From positions 32,001 to 96,000 of IMG/VR virus record IMGVR_UViG_3300031841_004520: a DNA stretch of 64,000 bases; one strand, 5' to 3'. The DNA comes from a virus. The position numbers were made by a program, and so were the translations under genes. Shown here piece after piece: positions 17,601 through 27,368 of this stretch (position 1 is its first letter; each line of letters starts with the position of its first letter). Under the pieces are notes generated by a model. That model did no database searches, was not told the origin of the DNA, and saw nothing but the letters and a program-made list of their open reading frames with translations.

Positions 17601-19456
17601 ATCTTCTTACTGACATTAGTTTTGGCTTCGGTGCTGATGGAGCTAGGACCACAATGACATATCAAACATATAGTCCTAAATTTGGTAATGCTCCTAAATA
17701 TTTAGAAGATACAGCCAAAAACACAATAGGACAGAAACTTGAATATATGAAACAGTTTAGGACTGAACGCATCAAAAATGCTGCTGCTGGCTTAAAACTA
17801 AAAGAAGATTTAACCAAGGTTCTTGTTGGTCGTAATATTGGTGGAGGTGGTGGAGGTGCAGGTGTAGAAAATAGTCAGGACAACAGTAGTTATGGGCATA
17901 CCCCCACTAAGTTTTTGATGTGTGGATATTTGAACAAAAATAAGACTAACGATTTAGTTAATTCTGATGATGGTAGAGATGATGACAGTCCTACTATCAT
18001 AACACACAATTTCACGGACAGCTGTGAAGAAATAGATGAAAATCCTTTTGGTTACACAGACACTGGAGCATCGACTAATGAGGGGAATGTTTGTAACAGA
18101 TATACTTCTGCAGAGATACACCCATCCTACCATTTTGATAGTTATCAAAAAGAATACTATAAAAATTTAAGTATGATGAGTATGGATGGAATATATTTAC
18201 CTATATCTATAGAGGGTGGTCCAAATAATAATTTAGCTAGATATACTTCTTATTCTACTCCGGCTGGTCTACCAAAAGGACGACCTATTACTATGATGCC
18301 TCCAGTAAACATTATTAGTAGTGCTGGAGGAGGAGCAGCATTAGATTTAGTTATAGATCAAAAATATACGAACCCTATTTGCAGTAAAGCTATTTTAAGC
18401 ACTTGGGATGATAGAAATTGTGATAGTGATCAAGGTTTTGTCATTATGAATGTGGCGCACGGCAGCGGTGCTGACGATAACTTTAATTTTGATACTGTTG
18501 GACAAAGCGGAACATCAGGTCCTTTAAAAGATAGACAGCAGGAAACAGATTTTAGATTTACCGCTATGAGAGGTCCGTTGGTTTTACAGGCTTGGGGTTA
18601 TGATATTAATGGCAAACCTATTCCTAACGCTAACGATTCAGCGACTGCTGCTGAGTCAGGTACATTTAGAAATAATAATTTAGAAGATAAGTTTTTGAAA
18701 AATTGGTTGAGTAATCCTAAAACCTGGCCTGCTGGCCCTATCGATCTTCGATGGGATAGACATAGAGGTATGTGGGTATCTCCACCATCTAGTAAAATTA
18801 TTGTAGGTAGACTAACATCTTCCTTGTCCGCTTTTGGATCAGCAACTGCAGAATTGTTAAACCCAAGTGCTGGTGGGGTAGACTTTTACGAAGATTACGA
18901 TTTCCATGGTGCTGACGGCACTACTCTTACTGCTAATGTTAGAAATTTAAATGTAACGGTTCATGATTATATTGGTTCTAGCATTTCTAAATGTGCCATT
19001 GTTTTATTGTATTATGCTGATGGCAAATATATGGTGATAGAAGAAGGCGGTAGTAGAAGTTTACAAAGAGCAAGGATTAGTAGTGATCAAACTTTGAGTT
19101 GCAATGGTCAATGTCAAGCAGAATTGTTTTCGGTGGGTGTAGGAGGAGGAATAACATATGGTGATATTGGTGGTATTACAGTGTCGGATACTATGGGTAT
19201 TGTTTCACAAACACTTGCTGGTTTAACGAGAGTTTGGGTGTATAAACCTTCAGATGCAGCTAATTATGAAGTAGTATACATAGGTACTAGAACTGACGCA
19301 GATTGTGGTAGTTGTGGAGGTTTTGGAGTTTATCAGGTTGCTGGAGTAGACTTTAATAGATTGCCAACAGTTGCTTCTGTGGGCAAAGTTGTAACGGTAA
19401 CAGATGGTGGGTGTTTAGCTTTAGTGGACACAAAGAGTTGTGATGGAACTGCATAG
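14621..19456 (+). CDS. Putative baseplate hub/tail tip protein
   Basis: 1611 aa. N-terminal LGFGG...MDLV..FSG motif and C-terminal GPIDLRWD motif; position in the tail module. Confidence 0.55.
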   Translation: MPINDQYDNNLHIQSPGKFNQASSTNPITYQRFLNCDVKGFNLNLGFGGAETTMTMDLVESLVGNPPAHKANETLATFRDRCNTNPPDSDCNQLRYSGELGRVYTFIATNVDDDEVFEFSGILSDHDIKIDSNGRTITIRLTDGRVALENVQLVIGNNYSRNYTYNSAGESVNVLNILYETEKGVSHSFDNLGFDLPTDPSNPLATYSKCDYFMDSGYDDDGIPVTYVLGQFMSSDRYMSLPLSDQTIRINLDNIYNTALNRVSYMRINDTSISLMDLLQQVCEEAAGELVINTESTATGYEIVASFIDRSVPIPSDGYALGAYVQSKFPVYKSLSYGQESSYETTQNLVFGSKMRYFVEVQRQKMHSIPTKDAGAIINNPLDVVVPDMSSDATADHDKVKSQDLSEPPEESCYDPDDFTPPNGTFCNIPTGGGRIAMVLGEKLNGALTDQGIPAYTLYLSNLCGDYMGITYDLTEICSILGVADQGSALLTEEELLFSQTYESYINWATMHPNSIGSKMGAVIFGDLWGNFQEYSLKIFADIVENGSFDSFKDPALAFPDVEVSKKLFEVVHAYVKNIYDTYYGKEYVALLDTRTNQTLPKNNFQVCIGKSFNTWTNQSQGDIAFPQANANVTIPNNDPLLFIQQGVLQNVIKTAGKGYLSTSETVCNGAWFGGTSSSERGATKILSDELGNGGLGTEDGLARFLNDDNTIGSFVKYGPVDSICKRIGGTTFVFRVDLSALNPSDFVVRTEIVGTKPTAMLYLRASVSEEMYFGKISLTNSIDVYTGLGELQDDYTWVRFSIPRVKLIPTVGQEGAVGRAASRMALIALQVMTDMGSLSGIIEGDFTLRDAIADKLAGGGINPGVFDGIAANLAVTNLAKMSIPAIVPEAVAIPLQSEIRTYGPWKGVSNPSGGMNVVEMDLAPWQFGFGPNAPADSYNRLEAIGSSHAQNGTFGRLYQEKASISLAGIPEINIGVPASQLNQDGTTTGDPYNLLTDISFGFGADGARTTMTYQTYSPKFGNAPKYLEDTAKNTIGQKLEYMKQFRTERIKNAAAGLKLKEDLTKVLVGRNIGGGGGGAGVENSQDNSSYGHTPTKFLMCGYLNKNKTNDLVNSDDGRDDDSPTIITHNFTDSCEEIDENPFGYTDTGASTNEGNVCNRYTSAEIHPSYHFDSYQKEYYKNLSMMSMDGIYLPISIEGGPNNNLARYTSYSTPAGLPKGRPITMMPPVNIISSAGGGAALDLVIDQKYTNPICSKAILSTWDDRNCDSDQGFVIMNVAHGSGADDNFNFDTVGQSGTSGPLKDRQQETDFRFTAMRGPLVLQAWGYDINGKPIPNANDSATAAESGTFRNNNLEDKFLKNWLSNPKTWPAGPIDLRWDRHRGMWVSPPSSKIIVGRLTSSLSAFGSATAELLNPSAGGVDFYEDYDFHGADGTTLTANVRNLNVTVHDYIGSSISKCAIVLLYYADGKYMVIEEGGSRSLQRARISSDQTLSCNGQCQAELFSVGVGGGITYGDIGGITVSDTMGIVSQTLAGLTRVWVYKPSDAANYEVVYIGTRTDADCGSCGGFGVYQVAGVDFNRLPTVASVGKVVTVTDGGCLALVDTKSCDGTA

Positions 19457-22400
19457 TGAATCATTTAAATTATTTACAAGAACTTTCATACCTAATAAAT
19501 AAACCTGGTATTAGTGGGATACCTAAAGCTAGGGTTATGATTGCGTTGTATGGACTAACAGATCACTTGCTAAATAGTGCTAGCTATAGTTCAGGAGAAT
19601 TGGCTAATGAATTGCACTTAATGGGCGATTTGGGCATTTCTGTTTTAGATGAATACTCTGATTATTTTTATAATAAAAGAAAAAGCAATGACATTATTAC
19701 AGATTCTATTAAAGACCTTAATAAATTATATAAAGCGAATAAAGAACGTACTATTGCTGCTGCTAACAATAAAAAATTATACAATTCAATTCTAAATATT
19801 GACGAAAAAGATATTGATGAAATAGATGTGGTTTATAGTACAGCATCTTACGGAGATGGAGATCCTACTGACTGTTGCAATCAATCTGGCATTGTGCCTT
19901 GCGACGAACCCTTCACTACTTATGTTAAATATAGTGGAGAGAGCTTTGTGTTTAATACTCCCTTGATGGAATCTGGTGTGTTTGAACCTGGGGTTAATGT
20001 TGAGATTATTAAAGGCAGAAATAATATATTTGATATATACACAGTGGTTAGTGGTTTGGGTGTTGATGGCAGTGGCACTGTAGATCATCCTTTCAGTATA
20101 ATTAATTTTCAAACAATAGATTGCTCTAATGATTTATTAGATCCTACTATTAACACAAATGGTTTGTATACATCTGATGGGCTAATAATAATTACTCCTA
20201 ATTTAGACTCTCAATTGACGCAACTAAAATATACTTGTCATGATGGTGAAGAAGCTTTGAAGAGTGGAGATACTGAAACACATATTCATGGCACTGGCGA
20301 GAACATTAATGTAAGACATGAGAGAGGTAAGATAAAAGTATCGGATCCTTTTACAGCACATGTATTGCCTGTTAGACCTGAGTATATAATACAGTCTGGC
20401 ACTCATGACCATATTCCCAGTAAGTTTTGGGATTTTGATGAAGATATTCCATGTAAGTATGGTGGCTTGTCAAAAATAAAAGCTTTTACTAATAAGAAAG
20501 CTCATTGTTTTGATCAAAATAATTTTGTTTATGAGGTTGAAGGATGGCTTGGAGCACAGCAGTTTTATCCTGATTTACCTGATACTGTATCAATTCTTGA
20601 TTTTAGAGAGGGTTTATTATATCCTACCTCTAACACCAGCCAGATTATGGGAGGTCAACCTAATAAATTTTTACATAGCTCTAATTTACAAGATTTTGAT
20701 GACAAGTTTATTCTTAATATTGGGCAAAATATTGATCCAGACTTACGAATATATGACAGTAGAGGAGATGTCGATCATACAATATTAAGTACTAGATGGC
20801 CAGCAGAAAGAGTCAATTTAAGAATACGCCCTAACTACTTGACATTACCTGATGTGCAATGTCCGGCTACTGAAGAGGAACTACAAAAAGAAGTATATGT
20901 AGTTGATGATTATGGTTCTCCATTATGTTATCCTACTGGGTTTACTAGTTTTAGGAATATTAGTTTAGTAGACGTTAGAACAAATGCTTACATTGTAGAA
21001 AATACAACTCAAGCAGATAATTTTTCTGCATATACATCTATGTATAGCAAAACACTCACTCCTTTAGATGGTATATATTTAGACGAAAATTATAATCCTA
21101 TCTTGGTCAATGAGAATGGTGGTATATTTGGACGTGGGAATATTACGGCCAGAGCACGAGCAGGTTTAAAAACTTACGAATTTTATTATGCAAATTTCAT
21201 AGTAGAGAATAGAGAGTGGGACGCTAATGCTGGGCATGCATATTTACAAACAAATATATCTGTTAACGCTAATGCTGGTAATTTCTTTATAACGGATGTT
21301 GCTGAAATTAGTAGAAATGACTATGAGATTGGATCGGTGGATTGGTACATGGGTTCTGCTATACCTGCTGGCGGAAGTAATGTTTTTGAAGCTAGGGGTG
21401 GGATTAGTATTTTTAACCCTTTTAAACGCAGATGTCCAGGAAACGAAGACACTCCAGAGGGTAGGGCTGCTATTGCTGAGTGTTACCGACGAATAGTTGA
21501 GATTCCTGGATATGAACTGTGTAATGGTGATAGTGATCCAGGTTTTGTACAAAATGATATAATGACTTTTTTGCCCTATGATCTTAATTTGCCTCCTGGA
21601 ACTAAACTTAGTGACTTTATTCAACCTGGATACTTAGTAGAAGGACCTTATGTTTTGCCAGGTACTTATGTTGTGTCTGTAAGTGAGTGTGAATGTACTA
21701 GCTACTACGGTTATAATTATGGGGATTGTCTAGATTGCTGTGGGCCTGTTGTAACTTTGAGTAGGGGTTTTATTTTTAGCGATTATTCATCTACTTCTCA
21801 ATTTCCAGACACCAATTATTTTCCTTATAGATTTAGAGATCCTGCTGGCTTAACAACACAATCTGTAAATATAAACTATTTTGTTAGATCGAATAAAGCT
21901 GTATTATATAATTATGCTGTGTATGTAACTAGTCCTCCTCCTCCAGGGCCAGTGACAGTTTTTACTGCTTTTGAATATTTTGAAGTATGGCTGTCATTAT
22001 TTAGTTCTCCTCAACCAATTATATATCCTAAATACAAATTGCCGTCTCTTATTCCTACTCAAAGTTATGGTAAAGATAATTTTACTTTTAGTAATTGGAA
22101 CGTATGCTATAGACCAGTTTCATTGTCGGCTTATGAGTCAAAAGTTAGTCAACCTGGTGCTGGTGTTTCGTCTAGCACTTATCTAGCTTATTATGGTTAT
22201 AGCAGACTTGGTTGTCAAGGATTATTGCCTTTTTATGATTTAACAGCAATAGATGGAGGGCTTTGTCCTGATGAGCTAGATCCTTATTGCGTGTTGTGTG
22301 CAAGTGGGGGTGGTCACAACAATCCTTATAATATTGCTCCTTGTTTAGCTGAAGATGTATTAGATTATGAAAATAATTCTTTTTATAACCTACCCGTTGT

Positions 22401-24732
22401 AGAATCACAACAGGTCACAGGATCGGTTTATGACGGCCATACAGTACAGGTTTTAGGCTTTATTGTAATAGTAGAATTAAATTTTGCTCCAGGTTTTGGG
22501 CTTAGTGGAAATGTTACTGTAACAGGGAATCCTTCTGTACAGGTAAATTTATTTCCTGGTGGAGATACAGTAACTGTTCCGTATACACCAGGAGAAAGCA
22601 CTAGTCAACTTCTTAGATTTCAAATATCATTAACAGGTAGCGATTTGTATGATGGTGGGACAATAGTCGTTGATAGCAATGGTGAAATTGTTTTATCTGG
22701 TGGATCTATTTTAGACGAAACTGGATCTACCGTACTTCTTCAAGAGGGCACAATTATTGGTTCTAGATATGGTCCATCCTTTGATACTAGTGGAGATAGT
22801 ACTGGTCATGAAGGTAACAGTATTTTCCCAGCAGGGAAAGTTTCAGATCCAATCAGAAGATTTCCAGAAAGCGATTTGGGCATTTCAGCAGGTGGAATTG
22901 GCGATGCTGTAGAACAACAATATTATGGTTATATAGATCCGGTATCAGACATTGTAAATAATCATAATAGAACACATAGACCTAAAGATGTAGGTGGTTA
23001 TGATCTGCCTAATTTTAATACATTTTATACAGTACATCCTAAGTCTATAGAAATAAATGCTCCATCTTCTAGTGAATTATTTCGTGTTTATTCTTCTGAT
23101 GGTTATGCTAGCTTCCTTGTTGGTATGATAGGTGAGGTTGGCTTGATAGAACATAAATATTATACGCCTCCCTGCAGATTGGGTGGTCCAGACGGGCCTT
23201 GGTCCGATCCAGTAACTCCTGAAGATTATGAAGAATTAGAAATATGTACTTCAGAAATAGTACCATTATCTTTAGGCACACTCCATTTTGAGACTAAATT
23301 AAATAATTTGCATATTAATGTATCACAAGACCATGATCCTCTTGGCAGTGGTTCTTATCCTGATTCTTGGACTAGAAAATATATGGAAAATCCTGTTAAT
23401 TATACAGGAGCAGGCGTATTAGTGCCTCCTACTGGTTTTACTGTTATCAATAATGATTTAATTCTGCAACATAAGCCTTCATCTATGAGTTATGATGAAG
23501 CTGCTGGTAGTACTAATATGGGTCTGTTAAGCAACCAGCTAAGCTTTGAAGAAAATGCGGGTGAATATGTTGTTGATAAGAGAGTTAAACATAGTAATAC
23601 TAATGTTCAAACAATATTAGGTGGAGATGGAGAAATTACTGATTGGTATTGTTATCAGTTGCCAGAAAAAATAATATCAGATGATGGTTGTGGCAATTCG
23701 TATTTTGGTCCTCTCTCATACGATAGATTGCTGTTAGATGATCCTTATGAGGATTACCTCAGCATCTATCAAGATAAATGCTGTAAGACTAGAGGTTGCA
23801 GCTGTGCAGACGGCGACTATAATGCTTTTGGTATACATGACATAAGTACGGTTAATGGAGTAGGCGGTAGACCCGGTGATGAGTCAACACAAGCACTCTT
23901 ACATTTTAAGGTATTAGAACGTTTTTGTTACGAGTCTAAAACACAATGGGATTACAATGTTTTTATAAACGGGCCAGCGATTGATGATAGAAGGAGGCGT
24001 GATGGGACTTTAATTGCTCCCCCCGGCAATACGTTCTATGATATGGGTTACCTTATAGACCAATCAAATGCATTTCAAGTTTTTCCAGTATCTGGTGAAA
24101 GCTGTTGTGAGTTTCCAGCATCTACTCCTTGCCCTATTATGCAAACTTATATAGACATAGGGAGTACTCTATATAATAGTCTTCCAGGTTGTATAAATGC
24201 TTATGAGGCTTTGGACGGAAGGCATGTAACGTACAATTTAACTGTTCCAGGAAACCCCGACGGAATCGGAAGTACAGGAAAATCGCAAGGCACTTCAGGT
24301 CAGACGGGTCATCTGCAATATTACTTTGATAAAGATATTGATGGATATGGTTCAACGTTATATTTAAGAGCAGGGTATGGTATTGTATATCAGTTTCCAG
24401 AAATTTATGATACTAGTATTGGTGACTCCGTCCCAGGGGAATGGTACGTTGCCGATACCTGTGAGTCTGGTATAGTTCCTGGTCCTGGAGTTCCTGGTTC
24501 AAGCGGTCCATATCCGAGGTTGGAGATACCATATGATACTTACGATGTTTTTCAATACACACCATGGTTAGCCGTAGACTGTGATAGTGTAGACTCAAAA
24601 AGCAATCAATTTGTACTGGAAGCGCCTGATGGTGCTTGGACTGTTACTGTTAATATAGGTGGAGATTGCAAGGTGGGTTTTTTAAATAGTATGGCAAATT
24701 GTCTAATGGGAGATAAAAACATATATCCATGA
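19456..24732 (+). CDS. Large Cys-rich tail fibre/receptor-binding-like protein
   Basis: 1758 aa with a GTG start overlapping the upstream stop. Y/P/G/C-rich mosaic at the end of the tail module. Confidence 0.5.
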   Translation: MNHLNYLQELSYLINKPGISGIPKARVMIALYGLTDHLLNSASYSSGELANELHLMGDLGISVLDEYSDYFYNKRKSNDIITDSIKDLNKLYKANKERTIAAANNKKLYNSILNIDEKDIDEIDVVYSTASYGDGDPTDCCNQSGIVPCDEPFTTYVKYSGESFVFNTPLMESGVFEPGVNVEIIKGRNNIFDIYTVVSGLGVDGSGTVDHPFSIINFQTIDCSNDLLDPTINTNGLYTSDGLIIITPNLDSQLTQLKYTCHDGEEALKSGDTETHIHGTGENINVRHERGKIKVSDPFTAHVLPVRPEYIIQSGTHDHIPSKFWDFDEDIPCKYGGLSKIKAFTNKKAHCFDQNNFVYEVEGWLGAQQFYPDLPDTVSILDFREGLLYPTSNTSQIMGGQPNKFLHSSNLQDFDDKFILNIGQNIDPDLRIYDSRGDVDHTILSTRWPAERVNLRIRPNYLTLPDVQCPATEEELQKEVYVVDDYGSPLCYPTGFTSFRNISLVDVRTNAYIVENTTQADNFSAYTSMYSKTLTPLDGIYLDENYNPILVNENGGIFGRGNITARARAGLKTYEFYYANFIVENREWDANAGHAYLQTNISVNANAGNFFITDVAEISRNDYEIGSVDWYMGSAIPAGGSNVFEARGGISIFNPFKRRCPGNEDTPEGRAAIAECYRRIVEIPGYELCNGDSDPGFVQNDIMTFLPYDLNLPPGTKLSDFIQPGYLVEGPYVLPGTYVVSVSECECTSYYGYNYGDCLDCCGPVVTLSRGFIFSDYSSTSQFPDTNYFPYRFRDPAGLTTQSVNINYFVRSNKAVLYNYAVYVTSPPPPGPVTVFTAFEYFEVWLSLFSSPQPIIYPKYKLPSLIPTQSYGKDNFTFSNWNVCYRPVSLSAYESKVSQPGAGVSSSTYLAYYGYSRLGCQGLLPFYDLTAIDGGLCPDELDPYCVLCASGGGHNNPYNIAPCLAEDVLDYENNSFYNLPVVESQQVTGSVYDGHTVQVLGFIVIVELNFAPGFGLSGNVTVTGNPSVQVNLFPGGDTVTVPYTPGESTSQLLRFQISLTGSDLYDGGTIVVDSNGEIVLSGGSILDETGSTVLLQEGTIIGSRYGPSFDTSGDSTGHEGNSIFPAGKVSDPIRRFPESDLGISAGGIGDAVEQQYYGYIDPVSDIVNNHNRTHRPKDVGGYDLPNFNTFYTVHPKSIEINAPSSSELFRVYSSDGYASFLVGMIGEVGLIEHKYYTPPCRLGGPDGPWSDPVTPEDYEELEICTSEIVPLSLGTLHFETKLNNLHINVSQDHDPLGSGSYPDSWTRKYMENPVNYTGAGVLVPPTGFTVINNDLILQHKPSSMSYDEAAGSTNMGLLSNQLSFEENAGEYVVDKRVKHSNTNVQTILGGDGEITDWYCYQLPEKIISDDGCGNSYFGPLSYDRLLLDDPYEDYLSIYQDKCCKTRGCSCADGDYNAFGIHDISTVNGVGGRPGDESTQALLHFKVLERFCYESKTQWDYNVFINGPAIDDRRRRDGTLIAPPGNTFYDMGYLIDQSNAFQVFPVSGESCCEFPASTPCPIMQTYIDIGSTLYNSLPGCINAYEALDGRHVTYNLTVPGNPDGIGSTGKSQGTSGQTGHLQYYFDKDIDGYGSTLYLRAGYGIVYQFPEIYDTSIGDSVPGEWYVADTCESGIVPGPGVPGSSGPYPRLEIPYDTYDVFQYTPWLAVDCDSVDSKSNQFVLEAPDGAWTVTVNIGGDCKVGFLNSMANCLMGDKNIYP

Positions 24733-25184
24733 AAATTAAAAATAAAAAAGCAAAAATATTAGTTTTAGTATTACAGGCACTAGGTTGTCGTGTAACTTTT
24801 ACAGATGAAGATGCGACATTTAGTCCTATTGGTGTTGTTAACGAGAAATTAAAAGAAGAGATATTAGAACATAAGACTGAGATACAAGAAGAACTAGGTT
24901 CAGATATTAGACTTATGTCTATATCAGGTAGTAAAAATTGTGTAGGTCATGAATTACAATTGTTAATAAACAAATATTATCCAGATATATCCTGTGAAAG
25001 CATTCAGTCTAAATTAGATGAATATGATGCAAGAGGTTGCTTATGGTGTGAAACTAACAAAAGTATTGTTATTAGAGAAGTACAGCAATTTGCTCGCAAG
25101 CACGATATACAATCAACTTACGAGCAGATTAGAACTGTAGTAAAAAAGGCTATATCAAACGCTAAGAAAACGATTATTTCTTAG
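24729..25184 (+). CDS. Small protein with TubC_N-like N-terminus and Cys-containing C-terminus (possible fibre chaperone)
   Basis: ATGA overlap with the upstream gene. Contains LQALGCRV...P.GVVNEKLKEEILEHKTEI and CVGHEL...C...D.RGCLWC. Confidence 0.5.
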   Translation: MKIKNKKAKILVLVLQALGCRVTFTDEDATFSPIGVVNEKLKEEILEHKTEIQEELGSDIRLMSISGSKNCVGHELQLLINKYYPDISCESIQSKLDEYDARGCLWCETNKSIVIREVQQFARKHDIQSTYEQIRTVVKKAISNAKKTIIS

Positions 25185-25497
25185 GAGGTTTATATTTGTA
25201 CCAGCCTCTATTTTCGAGCCAGTTACCTTCAGCATCTTTACGCTTAGGAAATAGTGTACCACCCTTTTTATGTTGTCCGAAGCCAAGAACAGCTCCACAG
25301 TCCATACAGCGCAGTTCGTAATATTCGTTGTCGTCTACAACTCTAACCACAAACCTAATGTTTTCAGACCCACATACGCCACACTTAGCTTCTCCAAAAA
25401 TTTCTTGGATATTTGCTATTTCTTTAAAAAGTTCTTTTTGACCAGCTCCGTCTAATTCAAACTCAAGCTTGTCTCCAACCTTATATTTAGCTTTCAT
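25174..25497 (-). CDS. Zinc-ribbon protein
   Basis: CGVCGS and CMDCG. ATG 25497 overlaps the upstream TGA. Confidence 0.65.
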   Translation of the reverse strand: MKAKYKVGDKLEFELDGAGQKELFKEIANIQEIFGEAKCGVCGSENIRFVVRVVDDNEYYELRCMDCGAVLGFGQHKKGGTLFPKRKDAEGNWLENRGWYKYKPPKK

Positions 25498-26201
25498 CGC
25501 CACTCCTCTGTGTAACCTTTAATAAATTCAGGAACACTATCAGTATCTTGTTGATAACCAGATAGCTGTCTTATAATAGTCACACCTTCTCTATGAGTCA
25601 AATTTCTTATGTTATTATTATCTAATTCCATGTGCTCTGCTAAAGTTAAAGCATTAATATCTAGGCGTTTACATAATACATCCATAAAATTAATTTGAGT
25701 ATCACTAATCTTATTAACATTATCACCATCAATGTCTGCCACTTCTTCTGCCAGTTCTTCAGCAGCTACAACCTTTCTAAGCCTAAGTCCTCTGCGTAAT
25801 GCTCTACCTTCAGCCCTTGTTTCTGCTACGGCAACAGGGTGGTTACGAAAAATTTTATCACAATTGCCCCAAAATACGTCTGCTGCGCCATTAACGATCC
25901 TGGTTTTAATTTCTACTGGTGTCTTACTATCATTTAAAACATAGGTCAGAGAATGGACTACAGTGGCTCTATTGCCGTTTTCTGGGTCTGGAGACTGTGT
26001 TACTTCTGAAGTAGAGTTAATAACGGTGCAATCTAGAGCGATCTCAAAAATTCTACGCAAACCATCAGTAGTTGGATTGCCTTTAATCTTCTCATCATCT
26101 GATAATAATTCTAGTACATAATCAGTCCACCCTATATCATTAGGTGTTACTTGTTGTTGAGTTTCTGTTTTCTCTTCAGTTTGTTTTTTAACTCTTGGCA
26201 T
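25494..26201 (-). CDS. Putative single-strand annealing protein (Rad52/Sak/ERF-like)
   Basis: AVAETRAEGRALRR...AEE motif and a C-terminal SDxQ helical domain. Confidence 0.55.
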   Translation of the reverse strand: MPRVKKQTEEKTETQQQVTPNDIGWTDYVLELLSDDEKIKGNPTTDGLRRIFEIALDCTVINSTSEVTQSPDPENGNRATVVHSLTYVLNDSKTPVEIKTRIVNGAADVFWGNCDKIFRNHPVAVAETRAEGRALRRGLRLRKVVAAEELAEEVADIDGDNVNKISDTQINFMDVLCKRLDINALTLAEHMELDNNNIRNLTHREGVTIIRQLSGYQQDTDSVPEFIKGYTEEWR

Positions 26202-26995
26202 TATTCATCCTTTATAGTAAAAGTCTTGTCCTTGCTATTCTTTAAATCTTCTAATACTTTTTGCAGCTTATTGAAAATCAATTTTGCTCTTGTGGGAGTA
26301 AAATCTTTTTGTTGTTGAATTCTTATAAGCTTCATTCCTTTACCAATAATTAGTCCGGTCTTTTTCCTGTCGTATTGTTGATTTCTGGTGAGGGTTTCTT
26401 GGCCCCACACTGGCTCAAAATGAGAAGGTCCGTCAACCTCTATTGCTGTAGTAAGTTCTGGGAGATAAATGTCAATCTGCAGTTTGGTATTAGACAATAC
26501 TTGCTCTTTATGAAACTCTACCCTATAGCCATTGTCAATAAGGTGTTTGAGTAAAAATTTTTCTAGTTTTGATCCTGTTTTACTACTTTCTCTTACTCCA
26601 GCTAGTGCTGAGTTTAATATATTAGCTTTCTTATTGTCTGACAGTTTGTCCCAAGATTGCTTGGCCTTTAGTTTTCTGTCTGCCAACTCTGCTTCACTAA
26701 GGCTGTTCCAAGAATGATGAATACCTAGACCTATTTTACTTTTCTCTTCTGCTGTTCTTTGCTTTCCTTTTGTAGGGTGTTTATGTACACCTTTCTTAAG
26801 AGCATTGCTTTGAGCCTGGCTTTTATCTCTAATAGGTATTTCAAACTTATTGGCATCTCTTCTTATTTTATTAGCATAAGTATTTAGCTGTTTCGCTATA
26901 GCTGCAAAACTCAATTTGTCTTTTGTGTATAGTTTTTCAATAACGTTTTTTTGTTCTGTTTCAGAGAGTTTACTATATTTGGGCATAATCTGCAT
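26201..26995 (-). CDS. Free-standing Vsr/DUF559-like (EDxHD) endonuclease with N-terminal HTH and NUMOD3-like motifs
   Basis: IDIYLP..AIEVDGPSH...DRKK motif and a KGKQRTAEEKSKI repeat-like motif. Confidence 0.7.
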   Translation of the reverse strand: MQIMPKYSKLSETEQKNVIEKLYTKDKLSFAAIAKQLNTYANKIRRDANKFEIPIRDKSQAQSNALKKGVHKHPTKGKQRTAEEKSKIGLGIHHSWNSLSEAELADRKLKAKQSWDKLSDNKKANILNSALAGVRESSKTGSKLEKFLLKHLIDNGYRVEFHKEQVLSNTKLQIDIYLPELTTAIEVDGPSHFEPVWGQETLTRNQQYDRKKTGLIIGKGMKLIRIQQQKDFTPTRAKLIFNKLQKVLEDLKNSKDKTFTIKDE

Positions 26996-27368
26996 ATTCC
27001 TTTTGATTTAAAATGTCTACTAATAACTTAACGCTATCTTCTGTGCTGGTTAGCTTTAAAAACGGTTCTATGCTATAGTGAGATACATTGCTAGCATTAT
27101 GTCTACAGGGCACATCTATACTTATAAATTTATTAGAAGGAAATATATGGGCTATATCATATACGGTATTGTCTGATAGCACCAGTTCTTTTGCAGCACA
27201 CAGGTGCCATGCATGAAAATTAGGAATTCCTGGCTTTAATAATATTGATGTTGTATCATAGAATACTTTCGGCTCTGATACTAAATTGGCATTAATTAAT
27301 GCTGTGTACATAGAAAAAATATTACATCTGTCGTGCAGTATTGTCGTATATACTGAAAGATTATACAT
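26973..27368 (-). CDS. Hypothetical protein
   Basis: 131-aa ORF overlapping both neighbours. Confidence 0.55.
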   Translation of the reverse strand: MYNLSVYTTILHDRCNIFSMYTALINANLVSEPKVFYDTTSILLKPGIPNFHAWHLCAAKELVLSDNTVYDIAHIFPSNKFISIDVPCRHNASNVSHYSIEPFLKLTSTEDSVKLLVDILNQKEYADYAQI

